A DNA stretch of 64,000 nt from positions 38,711,816 through 38,775,815 of the forward strand of contig CP154954.1 in assembly GCA_039621445.1 (NCBI GenBank), given 5' to 3'. Made by a program: the position numbers and the translations under genes. Source of the DNA: Euglena gracilis. Its lineage: Eukaryota. A model generated the notes under the pieces. That model did not search any database. It had not been told where the DNA came from and worked only from the letters and a program-made list of their open reading frames with translations. Shown one piece after another: positions 11,401-23,654 of the stretch; the first letter of the stretch is position 1; every line of letters starts with the position of its first letter.

Positions 11401-13301
11401 TCCTTTCTGAAGAACCTCAAAATTTGGGTGAACAGGCTTGGGCACAGGGTATAATCCCCCCTGTCTTGATCCCACCTTGTGAGGGGGTCTGCCAACATTG
11501 CTGCTGAAGGAACCCACTGAACCTGCAACTGAACTTGGTTTTCCCAACACCAATGAAACAGGGGTTCCAAAATCTGATTGAGGTGTGTTTTTCTGCCTCC
11601 CCATTTGGTAAGGTAACTCAGTGCTACCTGATTGTCTACATTTAACAGCACTGTCTCCCCTGGCTGGGCAAATGCTTTTACTGTCTGAACAGCTGCCATC
11701 AGTTCTTTCACATTTATGTGTAAGCAATTTTTCTCCCTCCAAAATTCTTGGATGATTTGATTTTGGGATGAATCCACTCCCCCCCCCCCATGCCCATGTG
11801 GAGGAGTCTGAATGGAGCACCCTTTTTGCCTGTTGCAGGAAAGGCCTGCCCAGGCCTGGCTGCAAGTATGCCTTCAGCACTTTGATTTCCCCTTTCAGCC
11901 TTTCTGGAATGTCGATGCAAAAATCCCAGCCCCTTTCTTGGTGCATCTGGCTGAACTTTAAAAGCTCCTGGGTTACCAGCCTTAAAAATGGCAGAGCAGG
12001 GAGGTAACTTCTGACTTGCCCCAGAATGCTGGCTATTTTTTTCTGCAACTTATTTTTTTGGCCAGCACCACCTTGCCCAGTTCCTTTCTGATAGTTTTTA
12101 ATTTGTGTGGGGGCACCTCCAGCTGACCTTTTTCCAAGTCTATGATGAACCCCAAATGCTGCAGCCTTTGTGTGGGAGTAAACACAGACTTTTTCTGGCT
12201 GACCTTGAACCCAGCCTCCCCTAATGTGTCCAGCATTTGCAGTAAATGTTTTTTTCACCAAATTTTCTGTTGAACCAAACAGAATGATGTCGTCCAAATA
12301 GACGAACACCTGCATTCCCTTTGACCTCCACAGTTTTAACAGAACTTTCATTAGTGACATGAACAATTTTGGGAGGGTGCTTAGGCCAAAACAGGCCCCC
12401 CTGAAACTCCCACAGGTCTGATCCCACTTGAATTCTGACAAATTTTTTGAAATCGTTTTCCAGACCCAGATGAAAGTATGCATCTTTCAAATCTAGTTTG
12501 ACTGCCCAATCCCCCTTTTTTCAGAGTGGGGAAAATTGTGGACATGTTTTCCAAAGTGAACTTCTCTGGACAGCAAAATTGATTTAGATCTCGACAATCT
12601 GTGATAAGTCGATGCTTGACCCCCTCCCCTTCTGGTTTGGACAACACAAACCAGGGTACCAGATGGGCAGTGTCTTGGGCATTTTGTACTTTTTTGGTTG
12701 CCCCACTTTCTTGGTACTCCTGCAAGATTTTGGAGGCCAGGCTGATTTCCTGCACTGACTTTTGCTGCTGCCTTTTTGACAGACACAGGGGTAGGGGGTG
12801 GTCTGGCTGCACACCTTTTTGAATTAGTGCTACTACCCACTGATTTGCATTTTCCTGCCACCATGGCAGACATTTTCTTAGCCTCTGAAACAGAGGCACC
12901 TTTTCCCATGCCCTTTCTCTGAAATCCAGGCTTTGAATGATTCCTCTCTCCCATTCCATAGGGGGGGAGTTTGTGCTGGGCCAGGCCCCTGTCCCCATGA
13001 GCCCTTGCCAGACTGGGGATGGCTTCAGAGCAGGGGTCAGCAGGGGGATTACCTCCTCCATGGAGCTCAGCTGGGGGGTCTCTCCCCCACTCCATTGATG
13101 GTCTGGCTGTGATGGCTTCACCCCTTCTTGGGGACTTTGATGCTTCAGGCTTTGATGCTTCAGGCTTTGCCCTTGCCTTTCCTGTGGGCATGAGTAGGGA
13201 GTGGGAAGATTCAGTAGGGTATCCATACCCCTTCTGCCATCCTGGGTTCTTCCACAGGCTGCCATAGCCTTTTCCTCTCCCAGCCTTGCCTTGGCTGCCA
13301 T
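11400..13301 (-). pseudogene. Reverse transcriptase and RNase H of DIRS copy 2, frameshifted at homopolymers
   Basis: WFVLSKP..HRLITDCRDLN, LKDAYFH, ACFGLSTLPKLF, FVYLDDIIL (YLDD at 12289-12300), LQHLGF, LHSDSSTWAWGG, HINVKEL, NVDNQVALSYL, WVPSAAMLADPLTR. Confidence 0.95.
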
Positions 13302-14313
13302 AGCCTTTGCCTTTGCCCCACTTGAACTTAAATCCTTTATTTCCTGTGGGGATGGGAAAATGAGACATAGAATGTCTTGAAAAGGCTGTTGCCAAGCCTG
13401 CTTGATTCAGAGCCCATTGGGCTTTGTCCACAGCCAAGTCTTCTTTGGAGAACAGCCCGTTGTTGGTGCTGGGGATTGCCCCTGGAATGCTGCACCTCTT
13501 CCTCTCCTTCAGCAGTGTCTGTTCCATCTCTGCTACAGCAAAAAACAATTGTTGTGCCAATATTTGATAATCTGTCTCCACACTGCCATACAGGCATGCC
13601 ACCATCCTTTCCAGGTGTAACATCTTTTGTTGCCATGACTTCAATTGTTTATCCCAGGCCCCTTTGCCGTCTGCGTTGTGATTGTTATCCTCTGCACGAC
13701 TTTTCATCCCGTTATACCTGGGCAGCTCCCCCAGGACCATCTTCCAGGGGAGTCTCACTCCCTTTTCGACGTGCCGAAGGCACGCTGCCAGCTCTGGCGC
13801 CAGGGGCGCCAGTTCTTCCTGCCAGGGGAGCCGTTCTTCCGCGTCGTCGTTGTCGTTGTCCTCCTCGTCTTCTCCGTCCTCCTCCATCGCGGACCGCTCC
13901 GCTCGTGGCGTCATCCCTTTGTCTTTCTTCGAACTCTTCTCCAGCCAACGATCCGCCAACTTGAACGCCACGTCCGCTGCTGTCTGCCCCAAGTCAATCA
14001 GTGGTACCTCCACCCAGCCAACGCCACCGAGTACAAGACGACGAAAGGGACTGGGCGCTGGAGAAGGGGGAAAGAGAGGACAGTTGCGCGGCCACGATGG
14101 AAGGGGACTGCCCAATAGCTTCCACACTTGTCCCCGTTGAAAAAAGAGCTCGCTCCACGAATCTCCGATTCGATCCTCCCACCTGGTCAACTTTCCCTGC
14201 GCGTCGTGCCATCCGCCTCCCAGCCAGTTCTGCCCGGCCGCGATGACGGCCGAGGATTCCGGGGACGCCAATAGCTTCGCCACCTTGTCCCCGTTGAAAA
14301 AAGCTCGCTCCAC
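12493..14313 (-). CDS. gag-like ORF1 of DIRS copy 2 (606 aa), overlapping pol in another frame
   Basis: Long uninterrupted ORF starting just inside the left ITR; acidic stretch, helical core and GKGKGYG-rich segment; assigned by position, not by a recognised motif. Confidence 0.75.
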   Translation of the reverse strand: MERAFFNGDKVAKLLASPESSAVIAAGQNWLGGGWHDAQGKLTRWEDRIGDSWSELFFQRGQVWKLLGSPLPSWPRNCPLFPPSPAPSPFRRLVLGGVGWVEVPLIDLGQTAADVAFKLADRWLEKSSKKDKGMTPRAERSAMEEDGEDEEDNDNDDAEERLPWQEELAPLAPELAACLRHVEKGVRLPWKMVLGELPRYNGMKSRAEDNNHNADGKGAWDKQLKSWQQKMLHLERMVACLYGSVETDYQILAQQLFFAVAEMEQTLLKERKRCSIPGAIPSTNNGLFSKEDLAVDKAQWALNQAGLATAFSRHSMSHFPIPTGNKGFKFKWGKGKGYGSQGKAGRGKGYGSLWKNPGWQKGYGYPTESSHSLLMPTGKARAKPEASKPEASKSPRRGEAITARPSMEWGRDPPAELHGGGNPPADPCSEAIPSLARAHGDRGLAQHKLPPYGMGERNHSKPGFQRKGMGKGASVSEAKKMSAMVAGKCKSVGSSTNSKRCAARPPPTPVSVKKAAAKVSAGNQPGLQNLAGVPRKWGNQKSTKCPRHCPSGTLVCVVQTRRGGGQASTYHRLSRSKSILLSREVHFGKHVHNFPHSEKRGIGQSN

Positions 14314-14507
14314 AATTGTCGAAAAACTGATTCATCCTCTGATGTCAGAACTGCGTACGTTGCCATTTTGATGTTGTCAGGGCGTTAATATCCGCCAACT
14401 CCCGTCCAAAAAGCAGTAGAAGCACCCCGCAAAAAGAACACAAACAACAGAACAGCCAGCCGGCACAAAGCAGCCTCTCCCCCTGAAGGTGCGAATCCCG
14501 AATGGTC

Positions 14508-14604
14508 CAGTTTTCATTCCCCGCGCACGCACACCACACCAGAACAGAACAGCCGGCAAAGAAAGCAGGGCCTCACCATCTCGCAGTGCGGAGCCCGAGT
14601 GGTC
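14508..14604 (-). mobile_element. 5' end of the host DIRS copy, split off by copy 2
   Basis: 14519-14604 closely matches 9497-9583 and ends in the same CTCACCATCTCGCAGTGCGGAGCCCGAGTGGTC. Confidence 0.85.
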
Positions 14605-14653
14605 CTTTTTTTTTGAGTGGTGCCCCACCGCTTCAGAGACGCCAGCATGGGGT

Positions 14654-15052
14654 CAGGGATATTTTTAAGTTTGGCCCCCGGGGGGGGGAGGTGGGTCCGC
14701 CGGACCCCCTCCCCGCCGGAGGGGGGTGGGATATACTTTCGGCGCCCCAGGCGCTGAAAAAATTCTATTTTTAGCACTTTTCGCGATTTTTCGGCCATTT
14801 TTGGTGGGTCCCCCAGGACCCCCTCCCCCCCCCGGGGGCCCCAGGGTTCGATATAAGGACAGGTGGGGGGTCCACCCCCCCACCTGTCCAGGGGGGGTCC
14901 GGACCACCCCTGCTGGCCAGGAGGGGGGGGGGGGGTGGGGGGACACCCCCCCCACCTAAACCACGTACGCCCTCCTCATATCGAACCCTGGGGGGCCCAG
15001 GGGGGTGGGTGTGTGGGGGGAGGACCCCCCCCCGGTCTTAAAAAAACCCCTG
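14654..15052. mobile_element. hAT-like MITE (family B)
   Basis: CAGGGATATTTTTAAG...CTTAAAAAAAACCCCTG; perfect 8-bp TSD CATGGGGT (14646-14653, 15053-15060). Confidence 0.85.
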
Positions 15053-16877
15053 CATGGGGTGGGCCCGTTTAGGGGAAACATTTTTTTTCTGACCCTCATT
15101 TTCCCGAATTGGTGTTTTTCCAGAAAAAAAAACCGTCTTCGAATTTCGGGCTTCACCCTGATCCCAATTTAACTTCTTGCTTCATCTTTACGGAACCCAC
15201 TCAACCTGCACATCAGTGTGGAGTGGTGTGGGGGATTTTTCGCTCTCTGATAGCAAGGTTAAATTGAAATGGGGGGGAGGGGCTCTCGCCCTCCCCGGCG
15301 CATTCTTTTGCGCGATAAAATTCCTCCCAGTGCAACCCCCATGTTGTCTGCAATTAGTTCTGGGAAGATAATCTCCCACAAACGTGAACAGCCGATCTTG
15401 GCTGGATTTCAGGTGGGTGGGTGGTTGGTTGAGGGGTGCTGTGGGTTCAATAAAAGTGAGAGATGGATTCACAAAATGATGGACTCGGTTGATTGACTGG
15501 AGGAAGAATGCCAAATGATTTAGAGACTTCTGCACACAAACCCAAAAAAATTGTGGATCCTTTTGCTTCAAATGACAACAGCGAACAAAAAAAAATGAAT
15601 TTGAGTTTTGGTTTTCACAGGAACCTGGAACCTCCCCCGCCAAATTCAAACTGCAGGAAGGTGGGGGTCAGACCATCCACAAATTGCTCTTTGAAACAGA
15701 AAATAATGCGGGCGGAATTAATCAACTTGTTCTTCAAGGTTATGGGTGACACTTGCTTTATTCTCAGGTTATTGGTTAATTTTTAACGTTCTATGATACA
15801 AGAGCGCAACGCATCGCAACGTGTGCGGATGGCGATGCTGGGACAGGACTGCACGGGAAAGCACGGTGGGGGGGGGGGTGGTTGACCCCCCACGGTGGGG
15901 GGGTGGTTGACCCCCCACACCACAGCATTTCCACAGATTTTTTTAAAACAAACCCGCCTGGCGCAAAAGCCGCGGGGAAAATTCATTGGGGGGTCGAAAT
16001 TGGTGCTGCCGGGAATACAGCTGGTTGTTGGGGGGGAGGGGGTTGACCGTGGCTGCTTCGCCGATTCCCGTACTGCCTTGGGTGGGGGGGGGCAGGCCTC
16101 AGCAAACAAGCCAGTGAATGGCAGGCAATACAATGGCAAAGAACAGGGGTGTCCAGAAACACCCACCTCCTGCCGGGGAACACTTGGAACGACCTGAGAG
16201 AATGGGGGGGATGGACCGGTGAGGGGTCATTTGGCTGGTCACATGCATGCTGAACCTAACACCAAAGTTGTTGGGAAATCCCTGTTTCATCGTTGAAAAT
16301 AAACCAAAAAATGCTCAGTTAATGATTTTCTGGAAGATTTTTCATGTGGAAATAAAAGGAAAACAAAAAAAAAAAATGCCACCAAATTCTTTGGAAAAAT
16401 GAGAACCCATTTCAAAAAAAATCGAAAATTTTTTGACTTCGATTTTTGATCTCGTCAGGCCCCAGTCCGGCCTTTGGCCGGCTACTGGGCCTAAAGGCAA
16501 GACCTTGAAGCGCGGTCCTTAATGCGACAAAAAAAAGCAAAAATCCGGTCCCCTGTGGACTGCCCTAGCAACATGGGAGGTTGGAGAGGCTGCAGGTTGC
16601 CACACCTTGTCCAGGCAAAGCCGTCCGTCAGTTGCGGGTACTGCACCCCCCAGTTGGGGAACAATCAGAACATCTGGAAATTCTCAATACGGGGCTTGAA
16701 AGCAGTCCAACTGTGGCCACCCAGCGCCAGGCACCGCTCCTTGCTGGTGATAAAACGACACTCTGCCTCCTCCACCTTTCGCAAGCTGAGAATGGATGGA
16801 GGGGGGCACATGGGCACAAATGCGTCCACACACACGCACACACACACCCACCCACACCCACACCCACACCACCCACA

Positions 16878-16909
<32 letters not shown>

Positions 16910-17780
16910 TGCACACGCACACGCACACGCGCACCAACACCCACATACACAGGTTATGACCGTGCCACCCCCTGTTCATTTTCACCCCCAAAAAGAAAAC
17001 AGTCAGCTGCTTTTTTCTGGAAACCAATCGAGTCATGGCCAGTTCCCCCCCAGGACCCCAACCCCAAAGGTCCCCCCCCCCCCCAGCACCCACCGGGGGA
17101 CGGTGCCCACAGGACCCACTGACCGTGGAGTTCCGGGCGCCTTTTGTCCCCCGCCCCGGGGGGGGGGGGGGAGGGGCTACCGCCCCCCCCCCCCCGACCC
17201 CCCCCAGTCTTCAAAATAACCTCATCTTTTGGTGCAAAAATTTTGCCAAGAATTGCGGGACCCCCCCCCAGGACCCCACCAAGACAGGGTCCTGGGGGGG
17301 AAACTGGCCATAAATGAACCAATCACCCACTTCTGACCCTGGGGAGCCCCGACTCAACTGCAGCCAGGGTGGAATCATAGAAATATGGAATAAAAATATC
17401 AACGTATTTCGTCTTTGGCACTCTCATCTGTATCAACATCTTTTAAAGCGACATTTGTTTTGAAAGTATTCCATCAAGCATTCACGAGTAATTACGGTTT
17501 ATACTCCTTTAAATTCAGAAGCTTCACCAAGGGGAAATACCATAGGAATAAAATTAGCCAGCCACCAGGGATTTCCTTTTTAAAAATGGGGGGTCCCTCT
17601 GCCCATTTTGGATCCCCCCATTTCCTGGCATTAAAACAATCTGGCCCCGAAAACATTTTGGGATTTGGGGGTGCTGAGAGGCAGAGGTTGTGGCATCAAC
17701 GGGGAGTTTGGGGGATAGGGAACATGCCATTGCTTTGCCAGGAGGGATTGCCAGGAGGGACTCCAAAAGGCCACAGGCAA

Positions 17781-18061
17781 CAAGCTTGTGCTTTCCAACC
17801 CGGGGGGGGAGGAGGTGGGTGGGTGCTATAGGGTGCCTGCCACGAGCAGACACACCCCGGGGGGGTTCCGGGGGGGGACCCAGAAATTTTCATTGAAATT
17901 GTCTTTTCCGGGCACCCGGCGCCGGGGTCGGAGGGGGGTGCCTGCTGTGGGCAGGCACCCCCAAAACCCTACCCCCTGGGGGGGGGTCGGATCGGGTGCT
18001 ATAGGGTGCCTGCCCCTAGCACCCCCCCCCGTGGGTAGGCACCCGACTCAGCACAAGCCTG
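17781..18061. mobile_element. Short TIR element with internal GGGTGCTATAGGGTGCCTGCCCCTAGCACCC palindromes
   Basis: Ends CAAGCTTGTGCT...AGCACAAGCCTG; similar copy at 22461-22725 and a right end at about 18770-18841; TSD not preserved here. Confidence 0.55.
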
Positions 18062-18839
18062 GTCAGCACCCAACTAAAATACGGCCTGGTGGTGGGTTCA
18101 AAATTTGCAAAAGAAATTTCCTTGTGCTTGTGCACCTTGCCCACCAACGATTGTAGGAATCCAGTTTGGGGGGGGGGGGGGGGGGCGCAGCTTGGTTCCC
18201 CACCTGAAATAGGTGGAGAGGTAGGACCCCCCAACAGGATTGGGGGGGGGGGGTGTCGACCACCCCTCCTCCAACCACCCGCCGCGTTTCGGGGATTATC
18301 GTGAAGCCACGTGGGGGGCAAAAAAAAAACAACAACAACTGTTTCTTGGCAGACACAATCCCCGGTGCAGGGGGGGACGCAAATGTGTTTTATTTTGTTT
18401 TTTTTGTGTTTTTCGATTTTGTGAAAATTTGCGTTTTTTTGTGTTTTTTTCCTGTCGACTTTTAGATCCTTGCTGGGAATTCTTTGACTGAATGAAAAAC
18501 TCCTCGGTTTGCCCCCGATCATCCCCCGACGCCGAAAATTTTGTCAATTCTGCGTTTTTTTGGGGGGGGTCAACAGAATGCTTATCTTCGAGCAAAAAAT
18601 TGACAAATTTGGTATCACATTTTCTGTATTGGGGAAATGGGGGTCAAACGAGGAATTTTGGCAATCAAAAAACTTTTCCAGCAAAAATGCAAAATTGCTG
18701 GCGGAAAAAAGGCGCAAAAAGAGCAATTTTTGCCAAACCAAATGGCCAAAATGGCCCCCGGGGGGTAGTCAGATGAGTGCTGGAGGGTGCCTGCCCCTGG
18801 CACCCCCCCATGGGGTGGGCACCTGACTAAGCACAAGCC

Positions 18840-20740
18840 TGTAACCCCCCCCCAAAAGTAAGGCCCTCCATTTCAGCAAAAATAATAAATGGCAAGGATG
18901 GAGAACGAAGGAATGCCAATTGATTGTTCAAACCCCCACCCACACACGCACACCTCATCTTCACCGTCGCGGCTGGGCGCATGCCGCTCCAGCCCACCCG
19001 CCTCCGCCACTCTGCCAGCGGCTGCGGCGGGGCTGCCTTCTGGCGACCCCGGTGTGGCCCATCCCAGAGTGCAAAGCATTGGTGCCTGTTTTTTCTGCGA
19101 ACGGCTTCGGACCTCATGCTGCCCCCACCAAAACGGACGGCCAAACATTTGGTTAGCCATCTGAAAAAAGACCCGCCCAGATTAAGCACACAGCCACCAC
19201 TGAGAGCTCTTTTCCCACTGGACTGGGTTCTGGTGGAACCAACTTTTTTGTTGTGGAAACAAATTGCCGCAAAAAAAAGATAAAATATGCGGCGACCGTC
19301 AATACAACCAGCATTGTCTGCCCTGGCCCAATGCCACCCACCACCAAACATCAGGAGACACATCAACATTGGTCAGTGTATCAAATCAAATGCATGGCAT
19401 GGCAAGGCACTTATCATCCAATGCCTGAACCTAAACCTCATGCAATGGCCTTGTTTCTGGCACGACCCAAGAAACAAACAGGGTGGCCAAGAAAACAGGC
19501 ACAAGGTGTGAGGAGAGCAGATAGAGCACTGGTAGAAACTCGAGCTGGCCGAAGCAAACCTTTGGCTGCCTTTGCAGCCAAAGCACAGTGAGCAGGGCCC
19601 AATGTGGCCAAGGTGGCCACTGCGAAGCGGAAAGAGGTCCAAAGCAGCCAAAGCTGAACCACGGCAAGTGCAAGACCAAAGCCCTCAAGACAGGTCCAAG
19701 GTGGCAAAACTGCTTCAAAGCTGCTGAAGCGCTGCAGAACGACGCAAGACCGCATCAAAGGAGGTGGCCGAAGGAAGAAGGGCAGAAAGAGCAGGAAAGC
19801 AGGCCAAGAACACGGCCAGAAGCAGTTGACCATTGGCCACCACTAACCACCTTTCACCCGTTGTCTGGCTTGGGGTTGTAAAATGCCTTGCCTGGGCATC
19901 ATGTGTCTGGTGGTGGGGCGGCATATGGGCAGGCTGCAACCCCGCCCACATGGGAAACAATCAAAAAAAAAACTTCTCAAAACTTGACAGAATTGAATGC
20001 ACCCCCCAATGACGTGTTTGCAGAAATTTTGCAAAAAAATTGACAACAGAATAAACCACACAGCTTCTCCATGAAAACTCCACCAAGCCTTTATTCAGGG
20101 GCACCTGCCCGGAGGGCATCGGCGGGATGGGACAAACTGAGGGATCAGTGTGCCCCCTCTTGCACCTGGGTGACAAATTAACCGCCTGACCCACCGTGGC
20201 CCTCACAGCCAAATCAATCCAACCTATAATGATGGGGATGCCAGGTGTGAAGCAACCAGAAGGCGCTGTTGCTCCTGCGCTCCTGCCTGCCTTCAGTGCC
20301 CCTTGGCAACGTACCCCACTGGGGAAAAACGCCAACCCTGGTGGACTGCATGTGTCGTGCGTTAGACGTTGAACCTTCATCGAGTGCGTGTGCGTGTGTG
20401 TGCGAGCGTTCTCCAGAAACGTGCACATCTGCATGTCTGTGGGTTGTATGGCCTGGGGTTGAGGTGGGGGTAAAGCATGCTTCCATTCCACCATCATATG
20501 CCCCCCACACATGTGTCCATCGCACGCGTTCAGTGCACCCTCCTGGGGGTGCGTACCAGCGTCCACGGTTGAGGGACACCCAGAAACGGTGAGCTGCGGG
20601 GGGGGGGGGGGGGGAGCAGGGGGCACTGAATTGGCAGATGGGGAACGGGTCCTCGGTGGGCGATGGCAGCTGCAGCAGCACCATGGCTCAAGGGTGGACT
20701 GGAGGGGGTGGCCGAGTGCCAGGCTGGCCTGAATGCACCG
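18840..20740. repeat. Dispersed repeat / segmental duplicate of about 50230-53690
   Basis: Long collinear similarity, for example 18950-19145 vs 50790-50995, 19185-19980 vs 51508-52310 and 20470-20720 vs 53435-53690. Confidence 0.85.
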
Positions 20741-20819
20741 AGGGAAAAAAAACAAAACAAAATTCTTTAAAAAAGTTCTCGCCGTGACGCAGGGGAGATG
20801 GGCATCCGCAAATCCCCAT

Positions 20820-21177
20820 CAGGCTTTTGCTTGAGGGATTGCAGTGCCCCCGGGGGGGGGGGGGCTGGACAGCAGCTAGTCCAAATTTGGCTAGTGGGTT
20901 TTCTAGCAGGGCTAGCTAGTGGAAATTTTTTTTCCAGTGACCGGCGCGAAGCGCCAAAAAATTTTTTGGGACACTCAAAAATGGCCAAAAATGCCCGTGT
21001 TTGGCTATTTTTGGGAATTTTTGGAACAAAATCAGCCAAAACCCTGTTAAAAACCTCATTTTTCCAGTCCGGGGGAGGGGGAGGGGGGAGGGGGGTTTAG
21101 CTGGTCCAATTTTTCCAGTGTCCAGCCGATTGGCTAGCCAGTACCCCCCCCCCCAGGGGTCCTTAAGCAAAAGCCTG
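20820..21177. mobile_element. hAT-like MITE (family C)
   Basis: TIR CAGGCTTTTGCTT(G/A)AGG...CCTTAAGCAAAAGCCTG; TSD ATCCCCAT/ATCCCGAT (7 of 8). Confidence 0.8.
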
Positions 21178-21226
21178 ATCCCGATGCATGATTCCCACTC
21201 AACTAGGCCGGGACTCCCCACCCAGG

Positions 21227-21518
21227 CAGGGGTTTTTTTAGGCCGGGGGGGGGGGGGAGGGGGGTCCCCCCACCCACCCACCCCCTTGGGGGTGGCCCCC
21301 CCCGGGGGGGAGGGGGTCCCGGGGGACCCACAAAAAATGGCCGAAAAATCGCGAAAAATGCTAAAAATAGAACTTTTTCGGCGCCTGCGGCGCCGAAAAG
21401 TATATCCCACCCCCCTCCGGGGGGGACCCCCCCGGGGGGGGAGGGGGTCCAGCGGACACACCCACCCTGCCCCTCCCCCTCCCCCCCCCCGGGGGTCCAA
21501 ACTTAAAAAAAATCCCTG
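21227..21518. mobile_element. hAT-like MITE (family B, opposite orientation to 14654-15052)
   Basis: CAGGGGTTTTTTTAGG...ACTTAAAAAAAATCCCTG; TSD CACCCAGG/CACCCGGG (7 of 8). Confidence 0.8.
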
Positions 21519-21684
21519 CACCCGGGACACAAAACTCAAAAAAACTCTGGGCTGAATTCGACTGTGGGGGAAGGGGTGGGGCTCAATGCCATGAAAGGGG
21601 GGGGTGTGCCAAAAATCGCAACCAGCCCCCGGGACCAGCTCAGTGGGTTCCCCACCAGACATTCATTCAGTGTGGTTCAAAAAA

Positions 21685-22380
21685 GACATGTGAACCACAA
21701 AAAATTTTTCAGTGTCCACAGGTGAACCACAAAAAATTTTTGGTGTTTACAGGTGAACCACAAAAAAAGATTTGTAGCGCCGCAACATTGGATTCAGATT
21801 TCATTTAGTGCGCCGCGGCGAAGTTTGCCGTGTCACAAATTTGTTCTTTCCGCGGTGCACGCGGCGCACAATAAAATTTTTGCTGCGGCACACATGCGAA
21901 GTCTGGGATGCCGGTTCGGGCAGAAATTTCCTGGGATGCCGGTTCGAGGTCCCAGACACCGGTTTGGGCATGAAGACGGAGCCCCCAGACACGGTTCACA
22001 ACAATGGAGGATGTGGACCCAATCAATTTCTTGGCCTCCTCAATCAAATGCCAACTCCTTTGGGGAATCGGATGGGGAATCACCATTCGTGCCATCCACG
22101 GTGATTAATGGAAACGTTTCCCAACTGTCAAATCCTTCTTCTTTTAGAAAAGATTTGCAGCGCATTGGATTCAGACTTTCACTTAGTGCGCCGCGGCGAA
22201 GTTTGCCGCGGCACAAAACTGCTTTTTTTCCGCGGTGCACGTGGCGCACAATCAAATTTTTGTTGCGGCACACATGTGAACCACAAATTTTTTTTGGTGT
22301 CCACAGGTGAACCACAAAAAATTTTGGTGTCCACACATGAACCACAAAAAAAGTTTTCGTGTCCACAGTGAACCACAAAA
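21685..22380. repeat. GTGAACCACAAAAAA-based ~31-bp repeats flanking an internal ~120-bp duplication
   Basis: Repeated (GT)GAACCACAAAAAAATTTT at 21690-21765 and 22275-22380; 21785-21897 duplicates 22163-22277. Confidence 0.7.
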
Positions 22381-22460
22381 TGACTACCTTGGTGTACCAC
22401 ACCAAATGAATGCCTGTTCCCCACCCCCAAAAACCCCATAAACACCAGCGCAACCACTGG

Positions 22461-22725
22461 CATGCTTGTGCTTACCAACCCGGGGGGGGTGCTATATGGT
22501 GCCTGCCCCTAGCAGACACACCCCGGGGGGGGGGTCTGGGGGACCCAGAATTTTTTCATCGAAAATGGCTTTTCCGGGCACCCGGCGCCGGGGTCGGAGG
22601 GGGGTGCCTGCTATGGGCCCCCAAAACCCTACCCCCTGGGGGGGGAGGTCGGATCGGGTGCTATGGGGTGCCTGCCCCTAGCACCCCCACCCCCCATGGG
22701 GTGTGCACCCCACTAAGCAAGCCTG
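22461..22725. mobile_element. Short TIR element, same family as 17781-18061
   Basis: CATGCTTGTGCTTA...TAAGCAAGCCTG; degenerate flanks ACCACTGG/ACCACCGC. Confidence 0.55.
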
Positions 22726-23123
22726 ACCACCGCTCAACGCCCCCGAATTGCAAAAATTAGAAAAATGCCTGCTGCTGAAATTCAGTTTTGACTCCAAATT
22801 GGGAACCGGCTGGGAAAATGGTGCTGCCTGGACCCCCCCAGGGGGTGGCAGGGATGATCAATTAACCACCAAAGCAGGGACCAAGCGATTAACTGGGTGT
22901 CCCAGATTGATTAACCAAACTTCTCAAAAGCAAAACCACATCGTTGCTGAAAAGCATTTATTTGTCGGAAAAATCTTGGGTTGAAATGGGAAAGTGCCAA
23001 GCGGGGGTAAGCGGGGGTGTCTGAGAGGGGTTCTGTTTCGCCATCCCACTGCCACTGAATTTTCTCTCAGTCGTCATTGAAGGAGTAGGGATAGGGCAAA
23101 AATTTTGCTATTCGGTCCGACAG

Positions 23124-23583
23124 CAGGGGGGGGGGAAATGCGCTCGCCCGGCCTCGGAAAAAATGCGCAAAAAAGCGCAAAAAAATGCGCAAAAAATGCG
23201 CATTTTTGGAAAAAAATGCGCAAAAATGTGCAAAATCCGAGAAAAAATGCGCAAAAATCACGAAAATGCAAAAATTACCCAAAAACACGCAAAAAATGGC
23301 ACCAAATTTGAAGAAATTATGTAGAATAATGAGGAAAATGTAAGTTTCAAAAAAAGTCGAAAATTTCAAATTTTTGCAAAGAATTGCAAAAATGGTCAAA
23401 AAATGCGAAAATTTTGGAAAATCACGAAAAAATGTGCCAAAAAGCAAAAAAATGCGCTGAAAAAAATTTGCGCAAAAAATGCGAAAAAATGCGCAAAAAA
23501 TGCGCATTTTTGGAAAATTTGACAAAATGCGCAAAAAATGCGCAAAAATGCGGGAAAATGCGAAACGCATTTTTCCCCCCCTG
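23124..23583. mobile_element. hAT-like MITE with internal AAAATGCGC repeats
   Basis: CAGGGGG..GAAATGCG...CGCATTTTTCCCCCCCTG; flanked on both sides by CCGACAG(C). Confidence 0.75.
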
Positions 23584-23654
23584 CCGACAGCAAAAAGTGG
23601 ACCAGGCTTCTTTTTAAGACCCCGGGGGGGGGAGGGCCCGCCACCCACCCAGAG

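Larger units (their letters stand above)
9731..14507 (-). mobile_element. DIRS1-like retrotransposon copy 2, structurally complete (about 4.8 kb)
   Basis: gag, RT, RNase H, MTase-like and YR domains in DIRS order; ITRs about 14393-14473 and 9801-9884; 3' extension 9731-9797; ICR 10008-10110; no TSD. Confidence 0.95.

Noticed and set aside
6658-13301. Bacterial retron, DGR or group II intron RT, or LTR (Ty3/Ty1) pol
   Set aside because: RT-RNase H-MTase followed by a YR, with ITRs and an ICR, and no protease or DDE integrase, identifies DIRS
15170-15790. Non-LTR APE endonuclease relic (fragments FRPHYFCFKEQF, FTFVGDYLP, HFNLTL)
   Set aside because: Motifs are too degenerate and in different frames to support without a profile search
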